Origin: Octopus sinensis
Lineage: Eukaryota
Reading direction: 5' to 3'
NCBI RefSeq assembly: GCF_006345805.1
Contig: NC_043001.1
Location: 88,722,001-88,786,000 of the forward strand
Length of the DNA: 64,000 nucleotides
Both the position numbers and the translations under genes were made by a program. The notes beneath the pieces are model-generated. The model searched no databases. It was not told where the DNA came from and saw only the letters and a list, made by a program, of their open reading frames with translations. Positions 1 through 15,248 of this stretch are shown piece after piece (the first letter of the stretch is position 1; the number at the start of each line of letters is the position of its first letter).

Positions 1-229
1 AAAGATAGACTTTTTTTCTATTCCAACGAAAAACGATTTTATTCATACAAATATGCAACCAAAGAGTTTAAAGTACCAGTAATGATAAGGCTGTTGACTG
101 GGAGAACACAAACATGGTTTAAACAGTAAGCTTGGCAGGAAAGAAACGTGCCTTTAAGCAGTACAAAACCAACAAAAAATGGAAGGTGCAGTTAGGTACA
201 GGTTGACAGAAGAAAAGCAGAACAAAAAC

Positions 230-401
230 GGCTTTATTGATCGCATTCTCACCTGGAATCAATTTTTGTAATTTTTTCAAGACTTATACATGCCCTGATA
301 CCGTCAGTATCTACATATCAAATTTGAGTGCAATCGGATGGCGGATGCCCAAGATCCTAGAAAACACTCACACAGACAGACAATGGATTTTATATAATAG
401 A
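230..401 (-). mobile_element. Helitron-type 5' end fragment
   Basis: Minus strand begins a|tctattatataaaatccattgtctgtctgtg, the same style of end as at 62179. Confidence 0.55.
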
Positions 402-753
402 TATTTCGGAGATGTACTTGCCTAACAGGTGATTTGATCTGATATTGTGTGTTGAAATTAAAACAATTACAGCATGGAAGATGCCCAGCAGCCATTCAAA
501 AACACAAAAAACTGTTAATTTCACTTAAACATCTATTATTAGTTGTGAGTGACCCGGTTGCAATTGGTGTAGCAAAAATTTTGACAACAGCCTTGTATGT
601 TTTTTTGACTGGTCCAATATGTGTCATCTTCATTGTAATTATACATACATATACACACACATGTATGCATATATATTTATGCACACATACACACACATAT
701 GCATACACACATACACCATATGTTTATGTATATGTAGGTCTGTGTATGTTTGC

Positions 754-808
<55 letters not shown>

Positions 809-1051
809 TGTGTGTATGTATACAAACACATGCAATTACACATTTTAAAACTAGATAAAAGAGAAAGATCACTTCTCTCCTGAACTTTGATATCCCACCC
901 AAATTGTTAAATCGATACTTAGCATATTTCCACATACATTTTACACAACATATTTCTATATCTTCTATTAAATTTTGTGTTGTTGTTGCTTGCAGCATGT
1001 TCTCCTGCTTTCTTATTCAACTTCTCTTTCTTTTTCCTCCCATTCTCTCTA

Positions 1052-1088
<37 letters not shown>

Positions 1089-1499
1089 CCTATCTTCAGT
1101 AAAACATTAAACATGTTACTTTTCCTGAAGTCCTAAAGATTACAGATTAAACTTAAGTCAACTATTATGTTCTCTCCACATATAGACAGTTTACTGTTCT
1201 ATATGTTTAATTTTCTTTTTAACTTTTTCTTTCTCTCTCATTCCCTTTCTCTTTTGCTTTCTATTTTTAACTACTTTTTTAAATCTTTTTTTCTCTTTGA
1301 AAGTTTGGGACATTAATTATAAATTAACTGTTCTTTAGAAAGATTTTTATCCAACTGGAATTTGCATTCTTTATTTATTATTCTTTTTCCTAACATTATT
1401 CTGTCATATCAATCATTCTTCTATCTTATTTGTTTTATTATTCTATGCAGATAGGTTAAATTAAGAGGTGCTATAACTGTAATGCCAGGGTACCTATAC

Positions 1500-2720
1500 A
1501 TCAAACAGTGAGTGTCTGTCAAAGGTTATGACTTGCACTATAGGATTAATGCAACCCTAACTGTTGTGTTGCTACAGCTGACAGTCTTACTAATTGTCAG
1601 TCTACCAGGGTACCAAGGGTTTTGTTGTGACAATGTCCTTGTATTACCCTGGTTTACCATAGGAATAGGGCTACTTTAGCAAAATGATGTTGAGAATAGA
1701 ACAAATTGTTGATGATGTTAACATGCTATTAGTTACCATCCAATTAACAATTAATTACACTCTCTGGGTACATCACAGACTTCAATACAGGGAAGTCAGA
1801 AATAATTTGAAACTTATGCACTATTCTTCTAGTATAAGGTTAGGAAAGTTGTATGCAGGACTCATGGAGAGTGTAGATTGTTCTTCAAGTTAAAGGTAGC
1901 AAATTAAGTTGTTTTATAAAATAGATCAGATATAAGAATACAGGTTTAATTTTTTTTTTAATTACAAGAGTAGCTGTATAAGAATGAGATTTAGGACTGA
2001 GGTATTTATATTTCGTCAACCTGGATAAGGTTAAAGTCAGAGGATCAAGTTATTGTTTTCTCAAGCTTAAGGAAACTGCTCAAGCGTGTGTATGTTATGT
2101 TAGCATGCGTCAAGTTAAGGATTAAAAGACTGAGCTTTATATGTTTTCTCAGATTAATTGTTCATTTAGCATGTCTTTCACCAGACTTTTCCTTGTCTGC
2201 CATTCAGCATGACTTTTTTACAGATTGCTCTGACATTTTTTGACATTTCTTATTAGCATGACGCTCTACAACAACCATTACTTTTTTTTTCCCAAACATT
2301 TTTCCCAAACATTTTCTGATTTCTTAGAGTCTTCGCATGGCAACTTATTTCTTTTCTTTTTTTTTTATGTTTGAAATCTGCAGTAAAAGAAAACTTTTCT
2401 ATAAAAAATAACTATAAATTTATCACCCCTTCATCAATTGTCCTTATGCTAGCAATGACTGCCTATGATTGGGTGTAGGGAAGGATATGTGCCTCTGATA
2501 CTGGTGTTCTCTTTCTACTAGATTTTCAGCTTATTACCTTTCATTGGTCTTCTCTGCAGGCTTTCTCTTTTTTCCTTCTTTCATGTTTTCACTCCTTCTC
2601 TGTCTCCACACACATCTTAGCAGGAATTTCAATCATGTTTCGTGGTCTGCTACCACAACAGCTCCTTTATAGGATCCAGTTAGCTCAAGACATCATCAGG
2701 AGGAACCACGTCTTGTTTCG
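1500..2720 (-). mobile_element. Highly degenerate retroelement remnant, possibly Penelope-like
   Basis: Broken minus-strand frames give AKVALF..., YPGRL..S.CSNTT.RVA and SVLNL, loosely resembling the pre-RT motifs FYxLPKxHK / PGRPIVS. A ctgatga...cgaaacatg remnant lies at 2630-2700. Confidence 0.3.
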
Positions 2721-4105
2721 GCCCCTACTCCTCTACCGTTTTGACATGGTGGGGCCCCCCCTTTCGGAGGTGTCTTCAGCTCTGGTGTTGGGTGCATGTC
2801 TTCTTTCTTCTTCTTTCTTCTGTTCCCTGGCCTCTTCGATGTAGCATCAACGACTGACTGACTTGTCAAATTTTTTCCCTTTAAATACCTGCTGGTAGGC
2901 TCTAGCAGGCAGCCCCAGCAAGTTGTCACGTGACACTGTCTCAACTTTAACTGATCAATGAAGGCGCGTAGTCTTATTGGGCTGTGGCTATGCTGGGGCA
3001 CCGCCTTGAAGAGTTTAGTCAATCAAATTGACTCCAGTACTTAATGTTAAGTTTAGTACTTTTTCTATCAGTCTATTTTGCCAGACTGCTAGGTTATGGG
3101 GACATAACAAACTACAACTAGTTGTCACGTAGTGGTGGAAGACAAACAAGAAGACACATACACATGGTGGGTTTCTTTCAGTTTGTACTCCCTAATTCAT
3201 TCATAAAGCTTATAACATCATTTGCACCAGTTTTAACAGATATGTATTTCAGCTCATCAACCAGCATAACTCATTAAATTATAAATGCAAAGCAGTTGAG
3301 TATTCTGCAGATACACACAAGCATAATACAATAATAGTCTGACAGACTCAACATGACATGGAATGTGACAATGTCAGCCTTTTGAATTAAATGTACAGTC
3401 CATATGATGGGCCTCAGCATAGATTCTATCTACTCAATTTAAGTCACAAGGGTTGGGTCAGCCTGAGACAAAGGTAGAAGACAATTGCTTAAGTTACATT
3501 TCATTGAGCTTGATCATGAGGCCTCATGATTGTGAAGCAATAGTGATAGAAAGCGGGGTTGTTACCCCTGCACAGTTACACACACAGCCCTACTGATTGG
3601 AATCAATAAAAGGAATTATATTCGTTTTTATACTGGTTTCTGGCTTTGACCAGCAATCATGCAGAACATCAGTTGGGTTTTGATTTATTGTACGATTTAA
3701 ATTTTTTTTCAGAGTTGCCTCTTTTTAACAATATAATGCTATACAGCATGCACACGTGCACACACACACACACTCGCACACGTACACACTCCTCCATGTT
3801 CTTGTATAGGTCTTGTCTAACAAATTTCACTAGTAAGGCTTTAGTCAACTCGAGTAATGGCAGTAGAAGATACTTGCCCAAGATGTCATGCATTATGCTG
3901 ACTATCCACGTACACACAAACACACAAAACATCTTCTTTTGAGGCAGTGTTTTACAACTGCTTGCCCTTTCTAATGTCAATCTTTTTAGCCACCTCTTAC
4001 AATACACAGGAAAATAGTGTACCTATTTTAAGAACTGTAATATACACAAACATTGGTACCCTGCCTCTTTTCTCCCTTTCTCTCTCCCCCTCTCTCTCTC
4101 TCTCG

Positions 4106-4136
<31 letters not shown>

Positions 4137-4153
4137 CTCTCCTATTATTCTCC

Positions 4154-4193
<40 letters not shown>

Positions 4194-6177
4194 CTCTCTC
4201 CTATTCTTCTATTCAAATTCATTCATATATATATATACATATATATATGAGTTCATTATCATTTTACATTTCCTAAAATATATTTTTGTGCCTTCAAGAT
4301 TATTATCATCATCATCATCACACATCTTTCTTTGTTGGCATGTTTTTCAACAAGTTGTCATAATCTGGATCAGTTATTATTCAGAGTTATTGCTCTCTTA
4401 GATGAGCTGCAGAACCATGTCACACTTGTACAATTCATTTGGGGCTTCGTTTCTACAGCTTGATACCATTCCTATTGCCAGTCTCTCTATGGAGATTAAA
4501 AGATCTTAGCAACATCCAGTCAGCCACCAATCACTTTCCAGTATGTACTAAGTGTATTTTATTAAGCTACCAGCACTAGTGAGGTTGCTTTGTAACACTT
4601 AAAGGTAGTGTTCTTACTATCTTATGATGTGTATGTATATATGCAGTCCCAGAAGGTAAGTAGAAGAGAGTGATGACAAAAGAATAAACAAGAAGAGTGG
4701 GTAACACTGGCAAAGGTGCATGGACTCAGTAACACATACACTCATTTTCTCTGGTCAACCAAATCTCAGTAATTCCTTCTATTTTACATTATCAACACTA
4801 CATCATTTAATACTCCATGACTAACCTTTCTCATATTATTTATGGTCATTTAGAAATGTTACTTAGTTTAGCTCTATTATTATTGTCTTTTCTAAACCTT
4901 TGTGCTCCAGTATACCTTTAGTTATGTTAGCTTACACGGCTAAAATAATGGAATGAACCAACAAAATTAAAGGTCTCTGTTGTCCACTTATGAGAAGCTG
5001 TTGGAATACTCTGGGCAAGGAAAGGAAGTTAGGAACATGATATTTTTTTAAGTGGGCAATTGATGCACACCTATTATTCACCTCTCTTATAACACATCCC
5101 TCTTATCTCTCACTTGTTTATTGCCCATTCCACTGTCATTCGTATCTTTGTGGCTTTTGCCTTTACCACCCATGACTCTAGCACACAGACTCCTGTTACT
5201 CACCTCTTGATCGCTCCCTTCCTTTCTCACCCTTACTGTATCCTGCCGATGTGGCTAAGTAGAGCAGTAGATCTCTTTGGCTCTTTGGCATGTTACTTCC
5301 AGTACACCAAGGGATGCCAATGGACGTACCTGACTTTCAGATACTCTCCACTCCTCCCCTTTTCATCCTCAGGACCACCATCTTCAGTTATATACTGAAT
5401 GGACATGTAGCTCATACACTTTACCAAAACTCCCCACTGGCCATTTAGTGTCAGCATCCATCATAAATCTCACCATTTATCCACTTCTTGTTGGCCATTA
5501 CTCTCTCAACCCTATTCTCTCTAGTGTTGGTGCTTAACACTTTACTAAGTGTAAAATTGTGAAGAACCTTTAGTCATCTCAAATATATAACGCCTTCTTC
5601 AGTGCTTGTATCAAGAAAAATGTGCACCCAGTACTCACTATAAAGTGGTTGGTGTTAGGAAGGACATTCAGCTGTACAAAACCAAGGATAAAATTAAGCT
5701 TATGAATGAGATTTGGTTTCCTAATCTATCTATTAGAGTGGAGATAACACATACAACCCATGCCAGCATAAAAAGTTTATATAAAGCAATGATGAAGATG
5801 ATGATGATATATGTATTGTGTGTATCTGTGTATGTATATATATATATGTGTATGTGCACACATATATATATATATATATGTGTGTATGTTTGTGTGCTTA
5901 TATATATATAATATATTCTATTATTTATATATGTTAAATATAGTACATAGTTTGTTGCACATATACATGTATATCATATGCAATGTATATATATTTGTTA
6001 AATATACTTCATAATGTTACATAAGTGTATATGTAAGTGTATATTTTTATATTTATTTATATACATATATATATTATATATATGTATATATTATATATAT
6101 ATATATATTATATATATATATATATCTATTTACATGCATATATATTATATATATATATATTATATATATTATATATA

Positions 6178-6256
6178 CGAGGGGTGTATAAAAACCCTTC
6201 AGCCTCAAAAAATAAAACCTGGTACAAGACTTCAAGGCTCAAAACTTTTCATATTC

Positions 6257-6260
<4 letters not shown>
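6178..6260. mobile_element. Solo mariner-type terminal fragment in (TA)n
   Basis: ta-cgaggggtgtataaaaa resembles a mariner TIR start; no partner end found. Confidence 0.4.
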
Positions 6261-6300
<40 letters not shown>

Positions 6301-6351
6301 CAATATATATTATATATATATATAATTTATATTATATATATCAATATGTAT

Positions 6352-6399
<48 letters not shown>

Positions 6400-6620
6400 T
6401 AATATATGTTATATACATATATTTATATCAATATATATATATATATATTATCATAATGGAAAACTAATTTTTCTGTTCTCTGCTATGAAATATTGAGGAA
6501 TATGCCAAAGCTATAGATTTATTGTGCAAATAGTTGGATAATGTGAGAAAAACAAAAATTATCGTGAAAGGTGAATGGCTTCCACCAGTGCACTTCATAT
6601 TTATTATCTAATATTCACCT

Positions 6621-6660
<40 letters not shown>

Positions 6661-7974
6661 TACAAATATCCATTTTCTTTCTAGTATTCTCTAATAACTT
6701 CCTTCTTCTCCTATTATTCAAATTCATTCATCCTATCTTCTCCCTACTTCCTTCTGTCTATATTCAACTTGTTATTTACATTGAACTTAGTCTTTCATAT
6801 TCTTTGCGCACTCGTCTCTAATAAATACTATGGTTTTGTGATGAGAAATTGTATGTATAAATTCATTCAAAATTTATTTACTGAAACTGATTTTCTTTGT
6901 AATAATTCTGTTCATGCTGTATTATTATATAATCTGGCTATGATTTTTTTCCAAATTTAGACTAAGATTAAATTAGTTTGAAGCTAAGAAACAAACCTGT
7001 TATTATCCACAGACAAGACTTGCAAATAAATAACTAGATTTATCTACTTTATATTTACTTTGAGTATTTGCTTTTAAGTATTTATATCAAAAAGTATATA
7101 GTATTTGATACAGAGATGTAATGTATTTATATTTATAGAGCAATGCAACTTAATGAATCATGTGGTCTAATATTCATTTCATTGCCTCAGTTTTTAGGCC
7201 ATGTTTATCTTCTCATGATATGAAAAGCATGATAAATGTTTTTTAAAAGATACTTTTGTCTAACTTCTATTTCTTCTAAATTATGTTATGAAAGTCCAGA
7301 AGAAAATAGAAATTGCTTGACATTAAAGAGAGGAAAAACAAAAAATTTGGAATAAATGAGATTAATGTTTGTCAATCAGAAATAGAAATAATAGAGGCAA
7401 AGATGTAGGAAGAATTTATTTAAAAATAAAGTAGGCGAATAGGTAGAATGATGGGAGAGGAAAGGGCAATGAAAATCAGAAGGGAGGCTATGTCAGGTAT
7501 ATATATGTAGTTGTATTTGAATGTTTTCCAATTGTCGAAGAGGTGCTTTTCAAAGTGTTTACATTTCTGAACATCTCTGATTTAGCATTTAAATAGTGAT
7601 CTTATTTATGAAGGTGCTTGAGGAGATTCTTCTTTGCTGTGGATAGTTCATACCCTTTTCTTCCAGAATTTGTGGATGTAGTTGGCTCTAAGATATTGGT
7701 GTTATTACTCTGTTGACAAGGCAATTTATGAAGTAATGTTAGAAAAAGAAAAGATGGAAGGTCATGGAAATATTCACACCTTATCAAATTGGAAGTGAAA
7801 ATTATGTGCACAAACAATACATTTATTCTCCTGGCCCTACTCTTTCTCTGTATGTATGTGTGTGTGTATATATGTATATATATACACACACACACATATA
7901 TATATATATATATTGTGTGTGTATTATTATTACTATTATTATTATTATTCAAAACAGTTTGGTTCCGCCCCATG

Positions 7975-8640
7975 CAACTTAAAGTTTCATAGACTCATCA
8001 CAGCACTTCCTTTGGGGGGGGGGGTGTACTCTGGGTCGCATATATAAATTTGTTCCTTTCATGACCTCAGAGTAAAGGTCTCTACTGGCAAGGATCTCCT
8101 TATTGGAGGAAACACTGGAGCCCTGTGAAACTTTTTCATGAAGTTTTAAATACTAAGGCCACATGGCATAAAGCTGTGTTAATGTAAGTCACCTTTTCAT
8201 TCATCCCATAGAATGACTTATAAAAACTAATACCTAGATGTCTAAAAGTTAACTATTAACAAGTTTGTATCCATGGTAATCTTGAGGCCAAGGGAATCAA
8301 GGGTATGGATCAAATTTATTCTAAGTTTATCTAGTGTATTCTTGTTTCTGCCTCAAAATGTGGCCAATGCATCATCTTCATAGAGGCCAAAAGTAGTCGA
8401 AGGGATTTTCTGCCTAGGATATCAAGAATATGTAGGCTTATAAGATCACATATCTCTGCATGGGTTATGAATAAATATGCATAAACATATTTTTAATCTT
8501 GCTGGGAATTTAGGCCCTGTGTTAAAGCCATGGCATTTTCAGCTGCTTGGAATAAGTATCAGATGAATTGGTTTTATTTTTCCTTAAAAACTTAATCAGG
8601 GATCACTTATTTCTGTTATCCAAACAAGGATATGACCCTG
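7975..8640 (-). mobile_element. Second, more decayed copy of the same Penelope-like RT family (intronic)
   Basis: Minus-strand translation EICDLISLHILDILGRK...FGLYEDDALATF*GRNKNTLDKLRINLIHTLDSLGLKITMDTNL...SSNKEIL parallels the ORF at 59979-60791. Confidence 0.75.
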
Positions 8641-9718
8641 TATAAATTTGTTCATAACCCACTCTAGTTATTAATATTCAATCAATATCCTACATTTGTC
8701 TTGTGTCTTACTTATCACAGTTCTGTGTGAGCATATATGTCTTTATATGTTACTTGCTATCAGGAATGCTGTTCATCATGTCCATGACAATTTATTAAAA
8801 TATATATATATCTTGGTATGTATGTATACTTCAACCCCCTACCTGCCAATTCTTATGATGTCTGTAAAATACAAATTTCATTTGACATTGATATCAACTA
8901 ATGAATTAAGGTATATTGATCTTTATCATTTAAGTCTTTGCTGGATATTGTTATTATAACCTTTTATAACCATTTTTTTTTATTGCAGTTCAGATATGAA
9001 TTTAACTGTTTTCCTTTTTCCTCTTTTGTTTCTCTTAAAGCCTTTTCTAAGTTTGCCTTATGAAAATTGTCAATGAATTTACCAGAAAATATCAAATTAC
9101 ATTCTTGTATTATTTTCTATTTTACAATATTTTTGTTTTATCGTCATGTATGTTTCTTTTAATTCCTTACTATCCACATTTCAATGATTTTAGTCAATAA
9201 TTCTGACCACATTGTCATAGTTTCTCTATCAATAATTTCCTTCACATAGTATTGTTTAAAAATATGCTAAAATATCTATTCCCCCTTTCAAAATTGCCTG
9301 TCATATCATTCTTTTGCTCTTTTTTCATTGTTGCATTTTGATTTATATTATTTTATTCTTTATCTTTATTTATTTATTGGCTTTCTATTGTGTTTTTCTT
9401 TGAAACTGTTATTAATAAGAAAGTATAAAATAGCAACCTAGCTTTATATTATTTTAATTCCAAAATGTAAAAAAAAATATATGTTTTCTTACTAGTGAGA
9501 GCATAAACTCCATCAAAGATATGTGTCTTTATATCTTAAATTCATCAAACATAGTACATATGTTCTTATACTTAAAGGTTATATATTAAGTTTCCACATT
9601 GATTGAAATTACCATTTTATGTATTTTATACATTATAATCATCATTAACTGTGTTCAACTTCTTGTTTATTCCTCTCTTGTTGTTTCATCTGAGTTTCTA
9701 TCTAACTTTTCATCGCAG

Positions 9719-9794
9719 GTCGCAAACAAGAAATTATTAAGTTGACTGAACAACTTATTGCTGCCATCACAAGTAGTGATTTTGAAGGATACAC
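9719..9794 (+). CDS. CaMKII: CaMKII association (hub) domain exon 1 in window: (G)RKQEIIKLTEQLIAAITSSDFEGYT
   Basis: Acceptor ttttcatcgcAG and donor AC|GTACGT. 76 nt, phase 1 to phase 2. The peptide matches the RKQEIIKxTEQLIxAI...DFExYT start of the CaMKII hub and splices in frame to 11552. Confidence 0.95.
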
Positions 9795-10770
9795 GTACGT
9801 ATTATCTTTATGCTCTTTGTTCAATTACAATTCTATATTTCATTTATGTTTTTGTTTATTGTGGTCATAGGGCAGAAGAGTGTACTAGGAGTTTCTTTTT
9901 GATGATTTGATGACAATTTGTACAAGAAGGGCACCTGTACATTTAATCAGAAATACACTAGTTGGAATGCTAGGTAGATTGGTAAAGGTAAAATTGGTTG
10001 AGTAAATTAGCATCACTGGTAATAAGTCATCACAGAAACAGAATGTGATCGTTATTATATATCTTGCATGTGTATCACATTTATATACTTCACTGACTCA
10101 TTCAGTCTGTATACAACCACCAAAATGTTTATGTGCATGTGGGTGTGTGTTTACAAGGTGTTCGGTCTAAATTTGACAGTTTACATAAAAAGAAAAGAAA
10201 ATGCAATATCCCATCCAAAAATAAAAGGATTTTCAAAAAATCAAAAAATGTCAATTATGTAATGGCTGGGAGATTATAGGTTACTCAAAGTAGCAGCCCT
10301 TAGCTTCCATCATGGCCTCAAGACAGCTCCAGAACCTGGCTCAATATGGAAAGCAGCTCATTCATTGGGAATTGTTGCCAAGACACTAAATTATATATGG
10401 CAGAGTGAGGTACAGGCTGGTCATTCAAATAGTAAATCAAGTGATATAGGCAAAAACTGGTACTGTAGTATCATTGTAAATTGTTACGAATGTAAAGAAG
10501 GTGCATCAAAAAGAATGCACTATTAAGGCAGTAAATTGCTGAACTACCGGGTTATCAAAATTACAGAAAGGGTTATTGCAAAACTGATTAAGAACAGGAT
10601 TATTTTGGATGAGATATAATTTTGCTTTGTCCTAGGAGGAGGTAGCACTGGTGCCATATTCTTAATGACATAATTGTAAGACAAGTACTTAGCTACCACA
10701 CACTTTGCAACCATCTCCCATAATGTTATGACATTTCATGACTGGTTCTTCTGTTGTGCCTAGTTGGTGT

Positions 10771-10812
<42 letters not shown>

Positions 10813-11551
10813 CCCCTCTCATTATCATTCCATATACACTTCTCTCATACAACATCTTGATTTTCACTGTACATTACTTATCAATGTGAAACACCTCATG
10901 CTTCTGATCCTCGCAGCACAGAATATGTGCAAACTTCTCTATCTCTGCTTATATCCTTGCTAGGTTTACCTTCCCTTCTAGATTTTTGATATTTTTCTCT
11001 GCTATTTCCTTTCTTCTGATTTTTCCAAGCTTGTCTCTTTACTACAATAGCACCATCTACTGTCATGTTCCACCTCTGCATCACTTTGATTTCACCTGGG
11101 ACCTTGGACCAGGCACAGATCTGGTCTGTAGTGCTCAGCAGATTGTCTCATTTTGCTCTCTATTATAAATTTCTATCTCCTTCCTACTGTTATAAACTAC
11201 CATTTATGATATGTAGTACCACTTAAAATTCCTTCCCACCCACTTCTAACTTAATTTCTTTTCCTTGTTTCTTGTTTTCTTCTCTTATGCGCTCCAGTCT
11301 CTTTTGTTTATTTATAAAATGATTTCTCAACTACCTACATTTACTCATTTTTCTACATAAAATTTCATTACTGTTTACTTTAAATAATTATCTATTCCAT
11401 TTTCCCCATACTTTTATCTTCCTTGATATTCTGAATTTATTCCCCCACCCTTCCACCTAACAGTCTAAATATGTGTCCGTTTCCATTATGAACTTGTTGT
11501 GACTTTTTTTTTAACACAACATTTATCACACATCTTAATTTTATCTTTCAG

Positions 11552-11646
11552 AAGATTTGTTGACCCTCATGTCACAAGCTTTGAACCAGAAGCTTTGGGA
11601 AATCTGATAGTTGGAATGGATTTTCATAAATTCTATTTTGATCATG
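11552..11646 (+). CDS. CaMKII: CaMKII hub exon: [31 protein letters not shown]
   Basis: Acceptor ttatctttcAG and donor G|GTAAGT. 95 nt, phase 2 to phase 1. Carries the hallmark [26 protein letters not shown] motif. Confidence 0.97.
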
Positions 11647-12185
11647 GTAAGTTGGTATCTGTTTTGTTTGTTTTTTTTGTTTTTTTTTGCTTTTTTTCCT
11701 ATCTTACCTACCCCGTCCAAAGACACACATATGCACACAAAGGTTTAACCCTGTAACAATCAGACTGCCAATTCTTACTATTCTCAAGCAGTGCTGTTTG
11801 TTCACACTATCCATACTTAGCCTTGTACATATATATATTACCTTATATGGTAACAGGAAAGCAAACCAGATCACACAGAAAGTCATGTCTGAGTTTCATC
11901 ATTTACATTTGGATGCATCAACATAACTAATACCACTGTTATTACGATTCCTAAAGTATCCATTTAGTATATTTACCTTTCAGATCTCCTGTCTCTGTAT
12001 AAAGTACAAGCTCATATGCAATTATTTTTGCCTCAGTTGCACCTACACTGTAACATATTTCACACAATAAACTGTCTATTAGGTGTCTAAAGGGAATTTT
12101 GTCCATAATTTCTTTGAATGAAGTCTCTATATATGTTGATGTCTTATTTTCTTTCTTAGTTACTCATCATTCTCTTGTGCACACA

Positions 12186-12216
<31 letters not shown>

Positions 12217-14215
12217 TGTTTGGAGGAACAGGTGAGAGAAAGAGTACTAATTAAAGGTTGATATTCATGACAAGCTGATGATAAAAGAACCAGATGTATA
12301 TCCCTATACACAAAATATACCTAGATAAATATATATATATATAAATTTACAGATAGCTGTATTTGCACATGCACAATACATATAAAGATACACATATACA
12401 TTTATACATGCAAATATGTATGTGTAAATGTATGTGTGTATGTGTGAATATACATGCACATAGGTAGATACATTCCTATATAAATACCTGCCTTCATATA
12501 TGTCTGCACATGAACATATCCTTACTAAGACATGCCTGTGAATATGCATGTACATATCTGTGTAAATGTATATGTGTGTGTGTATATGCACTCAGAATTT
12601 TTATGTGTACATATTTTGTCATACAAACTTACATATACTTGCTCATTTATGTGTGTTAAAGATTTGATATCCTATACAAGAATGGAGAGTGAGAAAATGG
12701 GATTGGAATTAATATAAGTATACTTAGCTTGAGTTGTTAAGGATTGAGAAAGTTAGTTAATTCTTCCCCAATAGGGAAGTATCGATGGAAATTTCACAGG
12801 TCTAAAATATCTACGGGTTCTGAGGTTTTATGTAGACATCAACATGTTTATTTTATTTCATTAGATGTAGTTACATAACTAACAATGTTTTTCTTTACTG
12901 GAGTAGGCTTTTGCAAAGGAATGAATTTTCCATTTTGTGTTAAAGAGTATATTACTATCTTTTAGAGTTGTAATTTGATAGAACAGTTTTCCTGTTAGTA
13001 TTGCAGAATGAGTATGTATGTCTATAGTACGTTTCATTAAAGGTATTAGCAATTAAACCTATGTAGGACTTATTGGCTGAGTTGATCTCTGAAGTTGCCA
13101 TACATGTTTGTGAGGTAGTATTTGTGGTTAAGAGCTGTAATTTATTAGAACCAGCTAGTATTTGTGTAAGAATTTAAAGAAAAACTTGCTACAAAGGTAG
13201 ATAATTGCAAGTTCCATTTTTTGGTGTGATTTAACTTTATAGTCTAAAGGTAATGGACTTTTTCATGGAATCCAATTTTCACAAGTATTTCATTATAAGG
13301 GCTAAACATTTTTTTTTTTTTTTCTTTAGAAGAAAGTGTAGGAAATGTGAATGAATAGTTCTCTAAATTCTTGATGATACTCTAAAGGGAGTTTGAGAAT
13401 GTGTTCATATAAATGCATAAGTTTTTAAATAAGATTCATGAACATCTTTATGTGTGATATTTTTTAAGTTTAAATTTGCATCTCAGATAGTTGACTATTT
13501 TGAAATGTGCTTCACTGATGATGAGAAACCCAGATTCTTAACAAAATTCTGTATGTTCTTTTTGAATCTAGCCATAGATTGAGAATTGAAGTTGTAAAGT
13601 ACAAGTAGTCCATGGTCTTTAAATACATCTCCATTTAGGAAAGGAAATGCATCAGACTGGCCTTGTGACTATATAGTCTGACTGTATTACTAACTTCTGT
13701 AGAAACTTTGTAACAATAAAAAATAAAAACTTTGAACAATAAAAAATCAGACTTTAACTCCAACTTCACAATCAGGACTACCACATAATGAGACTTATAA
13801 CTGTTGCCTTTTTCAATTGGAAATACATACTTGTATTTCTGTGTATATAATTATGTGTGTGAGTATGTGTATACATTTGTCTGCACACAGATAATATATA
13901 TATATATATACACACATACATATATATATGTATATAATATGTGTATATATATATATGTGTGTGTGTGTGTGTATATATATGTAATTATATATGTGTATAT
14001 ATATGTATGTGTATATATATATATATGTATATATATATATGTATATATATATATGTGTATGATGATGATATATATGTATATATATATATGCATTTATATA
14101 TGTATGTGTATATATATGCATATATATGTATGTGTATATATATATGCACATATATATGTATGTGTAATATATATATATATGTGTGTATATATATATGTGT
14201 ATGTATGTGTATATA

Positions 14216-14264
<49 letters not shown>

Positions 14265-15217
14265 GAATATATATATCTATTTATGTGTATGTATATATAT
14301 ATGAATATATATATATGCATGTTTGTATATAAAGTGTGTGTATAAATGTGCATGTATATTTGTGTCAGGTTTAATCTTATTGTGTAGCACCTTGGGAAAG
14401 TGTCTCCCACTACATCCTGAGGCTGACCAAAGCCTTGTGTGTGAGTTTGGTAGATGGAAACTGAAAGAATCCTGTCATATATGCAGTGTGTGTACATTTG
14501 TGTTGTCTTGAATTGATGTCATATGATAATCATAAATAATTGTCACTATCATACACACAGCATCATTCATTTCCAATATTTTGTGAAAACATGGCCATCC
14601 ATAAGAAAAAATTACTATGCTTGGACACCGGTAAAGGTTGGTGACATGAGCATCCAGCTGTAGAAAATCTGCTGCACTAAACTACTGCCAACCCATGCAA
14701 GCATGGAAAGGTGGCTATTAAAACAATGATTGTGTGTGTTTTTGTGTGTATAGGTATGAATATATGGACATGTGCATTTAGCATTAAAATGGTGGAGTAG
14801 GGCGTATGCTTGTCATCCTCTAGTCTGTTAGGTAGGACAGTAAAGTGTCATACACAATAAGTGGTATAGTTGAATCATTGCCAAATATCCTAAAGATACA
14901 GGATATACAGTAGGTTGACGAAATTATAGAGATACCAAACCGTTGGACGAGGTTATGAAAGTTGTCATATCCCTGGTGTAAACCATGGCTTGTATGTTGT
15001 ATTCTTGGTTTTTGAATACCAAACATGGGCATGTGATTTCTTCTGGTGCTGTGTGTAAAAGAAAATGTATGGAGGTTATGACTGGTTTTAAAGGTGTTAG
15101 GAGTGAGTTTCATTTAATTCCTGGCATAGCTGAAAGTGATGATATACATGTGTGTGCATGTAAACATACACACACACATTCACATGCCTATATATTAGTT
15201 ATGGTATATGTATATAG

Positions 15218-15248
<31 letters not shown>

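Noticed and set aside
1-9718. Upstream CaMKII linker or kinase exons
   Set aside because: I found no segment with both splice sites and recognisable CaMKII sequence. They probably lie before the window, though very small linker exons could be missed by eye.
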